The translations under genes were made by a program, and so were the position numbers. From an uncultured Acidobacteriota bacterium (lineage in GTDB: Bacteria; Acidobacteriota; Thermoanaerobaculia; UBA5066): a stretch of DNA of 64,000 bases. The stretch lies in NCBI GenBank assembly GCA_963779415.1, contig CAVZYA010000001.1, positions 2,112,001 to 2,176,000 on the forward strand, written 5' to 3'. Of this stretch, positions 1-8,698 are shown one piece after another. How positions within the stretch are numbered: the first letter of the stretch is position 1; the number at the start of each line of letters is the position of its first letter. The notes below the pieces were generated by a model. It was not told where the DNA came from and made no database searches. It saw nothing but the letters and a program-made list of their open reading frames with translations.

Positions 1-2021
1 GGTCGTTCGGCTGCCTTCTTTTCGAGATGCTCTCCGGGAAGCGCGCGTTCGGCGGCTCCTCCCCGCCCGACATACTCGTCGCGATCCTCGAGCGGGAGCC
101 CGACTGGACCGTCCTGCCGGTGGAGACGCCGCCCCGGATCCTCGCCCTCCTCGAAGAGTGCCTCACGAAAAACCCCGACAGGCGCGCCCCCGACATGGCG
201 CACGTGAGACAGCAGCTGGACGCCGCGCTCGAGGGGAAGAGCCTCTACGTTCCACGAAGCTCGACGGCCGTCTCGGCGCGGATCCGGCGCGCGCCCCGCG
301 TCTGGGCGACCGCGGGCGCCCTCCTGGCCGTCGCGTTCGCCGTCCTTCTCTACGTCTCGCTTCGGGGAAAGGACACGACCGCGCTCCCGGCGTCAAAGCT
401 CCTCGCCATCCTCCCGGCCACCGACCTCACCGGCCGCCCGGACGGGCGACAGCTCTGTGACGGCGTGTCGTTCAGCCTCGGCGTGAAGCTCCAGAGCGTT
501 CCGGGCATCGCCATCATGCGTCCCTCCGCCCCGGACATGCTCAAGGAGAGTGACCCGTCGAAGTGGGCGCGCGACACGGGCGCGAACCTCCTCGTCCAGC
601 CCGCCGTCCGGCAGATGGGCGACCAGCGGCAGCTCTCGTTCTCCGTCTTCCTCGCCGGCTCGCCCGTCCAGATCGCGGCCGGCGAAGCGACCGGCCCGGC
701 CGCCGAGCATTTCCGGCTGGAGGACGAGCTGACCCAGAAGCTCGTCGCGGCGCTGCAGATCCATCTCGCGAGCGGCGCCCCCGTTTCCACGCCCACCTCC
801 GCCGCCCTCGCCCCCGGCGCCGCCCAGACCGACTACGTCGTGGCGCTCGGGTATCTCGAGCGGTACGACGACAAGGACTCCATCGACAAGGCGATCGATC
901 TCCTGAAGAGGATTCCGGGCGCTGAAAGCTCTGCCCTGATCCAGGCCGCGCTCGGCCGCGCGTACCTCGCGTCCTACGATCTTTCGAAGGACGTTTCCCG
1001 CGCCGACCTCGCGAAGACCGCCGCGAACCGAGCCATCGCGCTCGACCCGAACCTCCCGGAGGCGCAGGTCACCCTCGGCCAGATCCTCACGGCGACGGGA
1101 AGGCCAGGGGAGGCGGCGGCCGAGATTCGAAAGGCACTGAACCGCGAGCCCGACTCCATACCCGCGCTTCTCGCACTCGCCACGGCTCTTCAGAACGAGA
1201 CGGACTTCGCCGCCGCGGAGCAGACGATTCTCCGGGTCGTCGAACTCCGGCCCACCTCGTGGGCGGCATACAACCGGCTCGGGGCGATCTACTTCCTGAG
1301 CAGCCAATACGAGAAGGCCGCCCGGGCCTTGCGCAAGGCCATCGCGCTGAACCCCGACGTGGCACGTGTCCACTTCAACCTCGGAGCCGCGCTCATCCGC
1401 CTCGGGCGTTTCGATGAGGCGAGGGAAGCTCTCGAGCGGTCGATCCAGGTCCGTTCGACGCCCTACGCCCATTCGAATCTCGGCGTCACCCTCTACCTCC
1501 TCGGCCGTTTTTCCGAGGCCGCCGCCTCTTTTCAGCGCGCCGTCGACCTCGCGCCGAAAAACTATCGCTGGCATATCTATCTCGGCGACGCGCTCTCGCA
1601 GATCCCGGAGCAGGCCGGACGCGCGCGCGCCGCGTACGAGGCGGCGCTCCCGCTCGTGAGGGCGGAGCTTTCGGTGAATCCGGCCGACGCCCTGAGCGTC
1701 GTCCTTCTCGGCCGCTGTCTCGCCCGGACGGGAGCGCCCGGTCGGGCCTGGTCGGAGATCCGGCGCGGCGTGGCCCTCGCCCCGGAGGACCAGGATGTCC
1801 TCGAGACGGCTGCCGCGGCCGCGATGGTCCTCGGGAAGAAGGCGGAGGCTCTCGCGTGGCTCCAGAAGGCCGTCGCGCGTGGTTACGGCCTCGTCGAGAT
1901 CCAGCACGATCCCGATTTCGCCGCTCTCCGCGTCGAGCCCGGGTTCGCGAAGCTCACGAGTACCGCTCCCGCCGCACCCGCCGATACGATCTCAATCCAA
2001 GGCAAAGGAGTGAAACGATGA
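1..2021 (+). CDS. Ser/Thr protein kinase with TM helix, TolB-N-like domain and TPR repeats (5' truncated by window)
   Basis: Frame open from the window edge: SFGCLLFEMLSGKRAF (kinase subdomain IX) and CLTKNPDRR (XI), then a hydrophobic helix, LAILP-type TolB-N-like segment, multiple TPRs (AYNRLG, VHFNLG, AHSNLG) and C-terminal DPDFAALR. Confidence 0.9.
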   Translation, partial: SFGCLLFEMLSGKRAFGGSSPPDILVAILEREPDWTVLPVETPPRILALLEECLTKNPDRRAPDMAHVRQQLDAALEGKSLYVPRSSTAVSARIRRAPRVWATAGALLAVAFAVLLYVSLRGKDTTALPASKLLAILPATDLTGRPDGRQLCDGVSFSLGVKLQSVPGIAIMRPSAPDMLKESDPSKWARDTGANLLVQPAVRQMGDQRQLSFSVFLAGSPVQIAAGEATGPAAEHFRLEDELTQKLVAALQIHLASGAPVSTPTSAALAPGAAQTDYVVALGYLERYDDKDSIDKAIDLLKRIPGAESSALIQAALGRAYLASYDLSKDVSRADLAKTAANRAIALDPNLPEAQVTLGQILTATGRPGEAAAEIRKALNREPDSIPALLALATALQNETDFAAAEQTILRVVELRPTSWAAYNRLGAIYFLSSQYEKAARALRKAIALNPDVARVHFNLGAALIRLGRFDEAREALERSIQVRSTPYAHSNLGVTLYLLGRFSEAAASFQRAVDLAPKNYRWHIYLGDALSQIPEQAGRARAAYEAALPLVRAELSVNPADALSVVLLGRCLARTGAPGRAWSEIRRGVALAPEDQDVLETAAAAAMVLGKKAEALAWLQKAVARGYGLVEIQHDPDFAALRVEPGFAKLTSTAPAAPADTISIQGKGVKR

Positions 2022-2497
2022 GAATCAACGCCCGCTCCCTCCCCCTCCTCGCCGCCGCTCTCCTTCTCGTTGCCGCCGTCGCGGGCGTGCCGGGATGCAG
2101 CACGTCGTCTTCCGACTCGCGCCTCACCCCTAAGGAGGTCAAGGCGTTCGTCACGTACGACGGAACGAAGACCGAGCTCACGCATTTTCCTGGCCACAAG
2201 GACAGGAAACTGGCCAGCCTCAGCGAGAAGGGAAAGGACACGATCTTCTGGTGCTCGCCCGATGGCGACGTCAAGTTCGTCTCCTGGATCCGGAAGAGTC
2301 CATTCGACGGCAGCCCGCGGATTGAGGACGGGTGCCTCGTGTGGGGTCCCCCGAAGCCGGGCTCCAGTACGGTTACAAACGAAGGGAAATGCCCGCAAAA
2401 GGAAGACGCAGGGGAATGCTACGAATACAAGATTGAGCTCTTGCTCAAGGACGGGAAAAAGGTATCCATCGACCCGCGTATCGAGATCCTGCCGTAG
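2018..2497 (+). CDS. putative lipoprotein (159 aa), translationally coupled to the kinase
   Basis: ATGA overlap with kinase stop, AAGGAG RBS, signal peptide MRINARSLPLLAAALLLVAAVAGVPGC with lipobox-like Cys, four further Cys, ends IDPRIEILP. Confidence 0.8.
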   Translation: MRINARSLPLLAAALLLVAAVAGVPGCSTSSSDSRLTPKEVKAFVTYDGTKTELTHFPGHKDRKLASLSEKGKDTIFWCSPDGDVKFVSWIRKSPFDGSPRIEDGCLVWGPPKPGSSTVTNEGKCPQKEDAGECYEYKIELLLKDGKKVSIDPRIEILP

Positions 2498-2540
2498 CCT
2501 CTTCCAGTTGCCGTCTGTTCGCCCGGTTTCGCCTGCCGCG

Positions 2541-4799
2541 TCAATCTCCGTTCGAATTCGCGGGAGGAGCGGGGGATGAGGCGGAAGCAGAGGAGATGCG
2601 GATGACGGCGGCGCCGTCGGGCGCCGGAATATCGATCTCGACCCCGACGCCTGCGAGCGCGGAGCCCGAGTTCGCCTGCTCGAGCTGTCTCCCGGCGAGA
2701 GTGCCGCTTCCGAGCGTCGTGTCGCACGAGAGGTCGACGCTCGGGGCGGCGCCGAGCGCGGACGGGTAGAAGGTGAGCGCCCCGAAGTCGCTCTCGCCAC
2801 GGAAGGCGAGGAGGATCCCTTTTCCGTGGCTCGGGCTCCAGCACATCAGGCCGTCCCATCCGTTCCACGCCGGGTCGGCCGAGAGGTGGGAGAGCGTGGC
2901 GTCGCGCAGGATCGGCCGCAGTTCCTTGTAGAGCGCCGCCGCGCTCTCGGCCGCCGCCGTCGTCGCGGCATCCCACGTCGTCGGTTGCCCCATGAACATG
3001 AGCGGCCCGCCGGCGAGGCCGCTCGCGAAGCGGTAGTCGGGAGGGGTTCCGTCGTCGCCGACGTACTTCCCGGCGTAGCGGGGCGGGAGAACGTACGTCG
3101 TGCCGAAGACTCCCCGTCTCCCGCTGAAGGCGCTGTTGTAATCAGAGGTGTTCGAGGTGTCGTGGCGGCGCACCATCCCGAAGTCGAGCATGTTTCCGCC
3201 GTTCCAGCAGTTCTCGATCACGAGGCCCGGGTGCCGCCGCCGCACCTCGTCGAGGATCGCGTAATACCCGGCCGTCGTCGCCCACTCTCCGTCGCCGCTC
3301 TGGTGCCCGTGCGCCGGGTTCGTGCACGGGGCGATGACGCCGAAGTCGTGGACCAGCCAGTCGACGCCGTACCCGTTCACGACGCGGTCGATCTCGGAGA
3401 CGACCCAGGCCTGGACGTCCGGATTCGCAAGGCAGAGCATGACGGTCCCGAAATCGCCCGGAATCGGCACGCCGTCCTCCGTGGCCACCCAGTCCGGATG
3501 CGCGAGGACGACGGCCGACGCGGGGTCGGCGACCCCGAAGGCCATCCAGAGGCCGAAGTGCATTCCGCGCGCGTGCGCGTGAGCGGAGAGAGACGCGATT
3601 CCGGCGTCGAAGGCCCCGCTCCGCGGAACCCAGTCGCCGATCCTCTGCATCCAGCCCGCATCGAGGGTGAACGTCTCGGCTCCGAGATCCGCCGCGCGGT
3701 CGATGAGGTCGTTCACGAGGCTCTGGTCGATCCCGCTCCCGTAACCCCACGTGTCGAAGCCGACCCACGGGAAGTTCGGATCGGGAAGCGGCGGCGCAAA
3801 GTGCCGATCCACCAGTCGGCGCGTCGCCTGTGAGGCGTCGTCCCAGCCTCCCGAGAAGAGTCCGACGAAGCCGGCAGGAGCCGTGAAGGTCTCGCCGGGG
3901 GCGAGGAGATGAAGGAAATGACCCTCCGCGAAACCGGCCCCGAGCGTGACGATCCCCGGTGATCTCCGAACTCCGACGATCGAGATGGTCCCCGTCCCGC
4001 TCCACTCCCATCCCCCGAAGAGGCCGCCGCCGTCTCTCGCGTCCCGCATCGCGAACCACGCCGCGCCATCGCCGAAGGGACCGGTCGTAAAGACGGTCTT
4101 GTCACCGGACTGGAGCGTGTCGTCCCCCGTCCTCGCGGCGCCATCGCCGAAGGGACCAGTCTTAAAGACGGACCTGTCGCCGGGCTGGAGCGTGTCGTCC
4201 TCCGTCCAGAACGCGATATCGGGATGGCTCCAGGTGAAGTTGTGGACCCAGAACGTCTCCGGATCGCTGCCGTCTCCCTGCACCCGAAGGCGGAAGGCGT
4301 CGGCGCCCGTCAACGTGACGGGGACGTCCCCGGCATTCGTGACGTCGAGCCAGGTCCGGACCACGGGCGCGTCGGGATAGCACTGATAGTGGAGCGTCAC
4401 GGCCAGGCCGTCCGCGGCCGAAAGAAGGCCGATGGCCAGCTCCGCGGTTCCGTCCGCGGCGACCGTCCGGGATTCGGAAAGGAGCTGCCATACGGCAAGG
4501 CCGCTTCGATCGGTCTCACCGGTGGTTTCCGTGTCTGAGACGAACGAGATCCGGAACTCACCGGATCGTCCGCCCGACGGCGCCCAGTCCCGTCCCGAGG
4601 TCTTGTCGATGAAATGTGCCGTGAAAAAGCGCCCGTCGCCGTCCAGCGACAGGGTCCTCTCCAGCCGCGCGTTTCCGATTCGCCAGGTCGAGGAGCCCGG
4701 GTCGAAGGAGACATACGCGGGAGGCGCGCCGGGCGCCGCACGCGCTCCCAGGAGAATTACGGCAGCGACCCCCCACGAACGTGCCGAAAGGCGGCTCAT
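2541..4799 (-). CDS. secreted glycoside hydrolase family 36 (alpha-galactosidase-like)
   Basis: Signal peptide; motifs FDTW, FTLDAGW, GMHFGLW, HPDW, VDWLVHD, IENCWNGG, TSD. Confidence 0.85.
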   Translation of the reverse strand: MSRLSARSWGVAAVILLGARAAPGAPPAYVSFDPGSSTWRIGNARLERTLSLDGDGRFFTAHFIDKTSGRDWAPSGGRSGEFRISFVSDTETTGETDRSGLAVWQLLSESRTVAADGTAELAIGLLSAADGLAVTLHYQCYPDAPVVRTWLDVTNAGDVPVTLTGADAFRLRVQGDGSDPETFWVHNFTWSHPDIAFWTEDDTLQPGDRSVFKTGPFGDGAARTGDDTLQSGDKTVFTTGPFGDGAAWFAMRDARDGGGLFGGWEWSGTGTISIVGVRRSPGIVTLGAGFAEGHFLHLLAPGETFTAPAGFVGLFSGGWDDASQATRRLVDRHFAPPLPDPNFPWVGFDTWGYGSGIDQSLVNDLIDRAADLGAETFTLDAGWMQRIGDWVPRSGAFDAGIASLSAHAHARGMHFGLWMAFGVADPASAVVLAHPDWVATEDGVPIPGDFGTVMLCLANPDVQAWVVSEIDRVVNGYGVDWLVHDFGVIAPCTNPAHGHQSGDGEWATTAGYYAILDEVRRRHPGLVIENCWNGGNMLDFGMVRRHDTSNTSDYNSAFSGRRGVFGTTYVLPPRYAGKYVGDDGTPPDYRFASGLAGGPLMFMGQPTTWDAATTAAAESAAALYKELRPILRDATLSHLSADPAWNGWDGLMCWSPSHGKGILLAFRGESDFGALTFYPSALGAAPSVDLSCDTTLGSGTLAGRQLEQANSGSALAGVGVEIDIPAPDGAAVIRISSASASSPAPPANSNGD
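4059..4208. repeat. imperfect in-frame tandem duplication, period 75 bp, inside the GH36 gene
   Basis: gcgccatcgccgaaggga at 4063 and 4138; protein DDTLQPGDRSVFKTGPFGDGAA / DDTLQSGDKTVFTTGPFGDGAA. Confidence 0.9.
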
Positions 4800-4815
4800 G
4801 ATCCCCCTTCGGAAA

Positions 4816-4845
4816 GAGACGCACGAGAGCCCCCCTCGGTTGACA
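4816..4845 (-). promoter_or_regulatory. ECF-type promoter (AAC-N17-CGT) upstream of GH36
   Basis: Minus strand TGTCAAC-CGAGGGGGGCTCTCGTG-CGTCTC; same motif recurs at 10472-10501 and 53766-53794. Confidence 0.65.
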
Positions 4846-4865
4846 GAAGCTTCAGGTGAGGCGGT

Positions 4866-6368
4866 TCACCCCTTCCGGTCCGGGAAGTCGGCTCCGCGGC
4901 CGACTTTCCGGACCGCTTCGCGAAAGAGGCGCCGCCCCTCCTCGTCGGAGATGTTCTCCTCGAGCCGGGATGCGAGATCGGCGACGGTCCCCCCCGCGCG
5001 CGCGGCCTTCTTCACGAGAACGCGGGCGAGAGGCCCGATTCGCCGCGCCAGCTCGTTTTCGAGGATCGCGAGATCCGCGTCCGAATGCGCCCCGCCGGCC
5101 GGAGCCGGCGTCGAGGCAGGAGAGACGGGGTTGATCGCAGGGGAAAGTGAGCGTCCCGGCGTCGCGTGCATCGGCTGAGGCCCGCTCGGGATCCTCTCCG
5201 GCCCCGATGGGCTTTTTGCGGGACCGGTGACCGGCTTTCCCGGAGAGGTGGAGCTCTTTCCGCACGCCATGCATTTCGCGCAGAACGCCTCCCGGTCGGA
5301 CCCCGGAGCGAGCTGACGCGACAGCTCGTCGCAGAGGACCTCGAGAGAAGGCGCTGCCTTCGCCGCCTTCTTGACGAAAAGGCGCGCCATCGGGCCGATC
5401 GACGAGGCAAGATTCTCCTCGATCTTCAGGAGGAGGAGAGAGTCGAAGACCGGCGGGGCCGGCGTCGTCAGGTCCGCCGTTTCTTCTGCCGTCATTTCGA
5501 AGGCGAAGCTGGCGGGCTCCTGGGGGCGCGGCGTCTGCCCCACGTGAAGCCGGAAGAGATCGACGTCGAGAACGGCGACGTCCGCGTACCGCTCCTCCCG
5601 GTTCTTCGCCATCATCTTCCGGAGGACGCTGCAGAACCCCTCGGAGAGGGCCGGTTCAAAGCGGCGAGGGTCGGGAAGCGGCTCGACGAGGTGCATCGAC
5701 ATGACGACGGCCCCGGAGGCGCCCTGGTAGGGCGTGTGGCCCGTCACGAGGTGATAGAGAGTGGCGCCGAGCGAATAGATGTCGGCTCTCGCGTCGATGT
5801 CCTTCTGCCCGCGGATCTGCTCCGGGGAGATGTAGTGCGGGGTCCCCATGGAGTGGCCGGTCTGCGTGAGCGACTGGTCCTCGTCGAGACGCTTCGCGAT
5901 CCCGAGGTCGACGAGCTTCACGTCGCCGCGGCTCGTCAGCATGATGTTGTCCGGCTTGATGTCGCGATGGACGAGCCCTTCCGCGTGCGCCAGAGCGAGC
6001 GCATGGCAGACCTGCCGGGCGATCCGGACCGCCTCCGTCTCGGAAAAGCGACCCGACTTCAGCCGCTGTCCGAGCGACGGCCCGTCCACGAACTCCATCG
6101 CGAGGTACCAGGTCCCGTCGATCGACCCGAAGTTGTAGATCTGGACGATGTTCGGGTGGTTCAGCCGGGCGACGGACCGCGCCTCGCGGAGGAGGCGCTG
6201 GACGAACGCGGGGTCCTTCGCATAGCCCGGCGCGAGAGTCTTGAGCGCGACGCTCCTCTCGAGCATGACGTCCTTCGCCCGGTAGACCTTTCCCATCCCT
6301 CCCGAGCCGAGCTCCTCGAGGATCTCGTATTCGCCGAAACGGGAGCCGGAAGGGAGCGTATCCGACAT
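4866..6368 (-). CDS. soluble Ser/Thr protein kinase with two C-terminal helical 'IGP' repeats
   Basis: LGSGGMGKVY, VALK, HRDIKPDN, DLGIAK, GTPHYISPEQ; no TM helix; repeats LASSIGPMARLFVKKAA and LARRIGPLARVLVKKAA. Confidence 0.9.
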   Translation of the reverse strand: MSDTLPSGSRFGEYEILEELGSGGMGKVYRAKDVMLERSVALKTLAPGYAKDPAFVQRLLREARSVARLNHPNIVQIYNFGSIDGTWYLAMEFVDGPSLGQRLKSGRFSETEAVRIARQVCHALALAHAEGLVHRDIKPDNIMLTSRGDVKLVDLGIAKRLDEDQSLTQTGHSMGTPHYISPEQIRGQKDIDARADIYSLGATLYHLVTGHTPYQGASGAVVMSMHLVEPLPDPRRFEPALSEGFCSVLRKMMAKNREERYADVAVLDVDLFRLHVGQTPRPQEPASFAFEMTAEETADLTTPAPPVFDSLLLLKIEENLASSIGPMARLFVKKAAKAAPSLEVLCDELSRQLAPGSDREAFCAKCMACGKSSTSPGKPVTGPAKSPSGPERIPSGPQPMHATPGRSLSPAINPVSPASTPAPAGGAHSDADLAILENELARRIGPLARVLVKKAARAGGTVADLASRLEENISDEEGRRLFREAVRKVGRGADFPDRKG

Positions 6369-6387
6369 GGTCCGTCGCCCGGGGGCG

Positions 6388-7263
6388 TCACCCTTCCTCG
6401 AGCATCTTCAGCGCCTTCGTCAGGCTGATCCGCATCCGGGTGAACGACCCGGCGAGGACGGCCACCTCGTCCTGCCCCTTGATGACGACGTCGGGAACTT
6501 CGAGGTCTCCCGTCGAGATCCTGTCCGCCGTCCGGGCGAGGTTCTTGAGCGGCCGGATGACGAAGACGGAGAGGAGGACGTTGAGGATCAGTAGGGTCAC
6601 CGCGAAGACGCCGAAAAGCGTCGCGAGAAGCGTCCGGAACGCGCCGCTGGCCATGGCGACCGGGACGGCCGTCGGCACGGAGACGATCTGGGCGCCGATG
6701 ATCTCGTTCAGCTTCCAGCCGAAGCCCCCGGCCGTGCCGTAGACCTTCACAACCGCGGCCGGGGTCTGGTCCGGCGCCGTGTGGCACGAGAGGCACCCCG
6801 CGTCGGTGATCTGGATCGGCCGGGCGAGGTAGAGCGACCGCCCAAGCGGCCCGTCCCGCTCGCCGATGATCTCCTTGAGCTTTCCGTCCGCCCGGAACGC
6901 GTTCACGACGTCGGCCTCCCAGTCCACGGTCCGGTCCCGCGGGTTCGTCGGATTGAGCGTCGCCTCCTTGTACGTGTACTCGGGGTGGCTCTCGCGAAGG
7001 TAGTTGAAGATCTCGGTCGCGGAGTAGGCGGGGACCGACTGCGGCAGGAACTCCTCCGCGAGCCGGGGCGCGAGGAGCGGCTTGATCTGCTTGTTCGTGT
7101 AGGTCCGGGTCGCGAGCGCCGTTTCCATCATGATCCGGGCGTTCTGGATCACCTGGGTCCGGGCGCTCTTCTGCAGGAGACTGTTCGAAAGATACCCCGC
7201 CGGCACGAGGGCGAGGGCGAAGACGATCACCAGGATCACGTTGAACTTCACGAGCAGGGACAT
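6388..7263 (-). CDS. DUF3365/Tll0287-like heme-c membrane sensor with HAMP, no output domain
   Basis: TM, EATLNPTNPRD, CLSCH heme-c motif, GFGWKLNEIIGAQIVSVP, second TM, HAMP (PLKNLARTADRIS...DEVAVLAGSFTRM), then stop. Confidence 0.88.
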   Translation of the reverse strand: MSLLVKFNVILVIVFALALVPAGYLSNSLLQKSARTQVIQNARIMMETALATRTYTNKQIKPLLAPRLAEEFLPQSVPAYSATEIFNYLRESHPEYTYKEATLNPTNPRDRTVDWEADVVNAFRADGKLKEIIGERDGPLGRSLYLARPIQITDAGCLSCHTAPDQTPAAVVKVYGTAGGFGWKLNEIIGAQIVSVPTAVPVAMASGAFRTLLATLFGVFAVTLLILNVLLSVFVIRPLKNLARTADRISTGDLEVPDVVIKGQDEVAVLAGSFTRMRISLTKALKMLEEG

Positions 7264-7338
7264 GGGCGGGTCCTCTTGAGACGGATTCTACATATCAAAT
7301 CCATCCCCCGGGGGATACCCGCCCCCAAAAAAGGCGCG

Positions 7339-8682
7339 TTACGGCAGGAAGCCGAGGTGGGTCCGGGCGAAGCGTCCGATGTTCGGGAAGACGGACGGGA
7401 GCGCCTGCGCGTCGAGGCCGAACCACTGGGCCAGCGTCGCGCCGTACTCGTCCACCGACGTCGTCGGGATCCAGCGCCCCTCGTTCGAGGCGTCGTCGGG
7501 CCCCTTGAGGGCGAGGCTCGGGAAGGTCCCGTAGAAGTCGCCCCCCTTCACCGAGCCGCCGAGGACGAAGTGATGGCTCCCCCACGCATGGTCGCTTCCG
7601 CCTCCCGAAGCCGGGAGGAACGTCCGGCCGAAGTCCGAGAGCGTGAAGGTCGTGACGGAATCCGCGACCCCGAGCTCGCCCGTCGCGTCCCAGAAGGCCT
7701 TCACCGCCGCGTTCAGCTGCGTGAAGAGGGTCTGCTGCGTGCTGATCTCGTTCGTGTGCGTGTCGAACCCCCCGAGGGAGGCGAAGAAGATCTGCCGGTT
7801 GATGTTCAGATCCGTCCGGGCCGCAAGAACGCCGGCGATCTGCTGGAGCTGGCGGCCGATCGACGTCCCGGGAAACGTCGTCTTCAACGCCGCGCCCTTC
7901 GCCTGGGCCGCGGCGAGAAGGGCCGTGTTGTCGATCGCCGAAGAGGTGATGGCGCTCGCCGCGGACACCAGCGTCTCGCCGCCGTCCAGGGTCAGGAGCT
8001 TCCGGAGCGCGGCGAGGCGCGCCGTGGCCACGGCGCTCCCGGCAGGGAACCCCTGAAGCGTCGATCCGGGGACGAGAGGGCGCGACGTGACGCCCGTCGT
8101 GAAGATCGGGATGCCCGAGACCGAGACGACCATCGGGAAGTTGACGACGTTGAGCGAGGCGACGGCATCGGCCGTACGGCCGCCCCACCCCGTCTGCGAG
8201 AGGGGATCCTGCGCGGTCACAATCGAGGACTGCCACTCGGCCTGCTGGTCCGAGTGGGAAAAGAGGCTGTCGGGACGGGGGGAGCCCGCGAGGAACTCCG
8301 CCCGCGTCAGCGGCCCCGAGAGCGTCCCGACGTTCGCCACGACCGCGAGCTTCCCGGCCTCGTAGAGCGTCTGGAGGTCCGTCAGCGCCGGATGGAGGCC
8401 GAAGGCCGCTCCCTGGCTCGGGGCGTCGATCTTCAGGATCGACGCCTTCGGGATGTTGAGCGCGGTGGCGCGGACCGCCTGGTACGAGGCGTAGTCGTCG
8501 TACGGGATGACCGTGTTGTTCCCGTCGTTCCCTCCGTAGAGGAAGAGGCAGACGAGCGCGCGGTAGTCGGTCGCACCGGTGGTGGCCGCCTCCAGCCGGG
8601 AGAAGCGCTCGAACGCGGAGAGGAAGGCCGCCGCCCCGAGGCCGCAGCCGAGGTCGCGGGCGAATTCGCGTCGGGTTCTCAT
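7339..8682 (-). CDS. DUF1501 family Tat-exported protein
   Basis: TRREF twin-Arg leader; ALVCLFLYGGNDGNN, LFSHSDQ, GGFDTH, SDFGRT, GSDHAWG. Confidence 0.9.
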   Translation of the reverse strand: MRTRREFARDLGCGLGAAAFLSAFERFSRLEAATTGATDYRALVCLFLYGGNDGNNTVIPYDDYASYQAVRATALNIPKASILKIDAPSQGAAFGLHPALTDLQTLYEAGKLAVVANVGTLSGPLTRAEFLAGSPRPDSLFSHSDQQAEWQSSIVTAQDPLSQTGWGGRTADAVASLNVVNFPMVVSVSGIPIFTTGVTSRPLVPGSTLQGFPAGSAVATARLAALRKLLTLDGGETLVSAASAITSSAIDNTALLAAAQAKGAALKTTFPGTSIGRQLQQIAGVLAARTDLNINRQIFFASLGGFDTHTNEISTQQTLFTQLNAAVKAFWDATGELGVADSVTTFTLSDFGRTFLPASGGGSDHAWGSHHFVLGGSVKGGDFYGTFPSLALKGPDDASNEGRWIPTTSVDEYGATLAQWFGLDAQALPSVFPNIGRFARTHLGFLP

Positions 8683-8698
8683 CGCGTCACCTCGGCTT

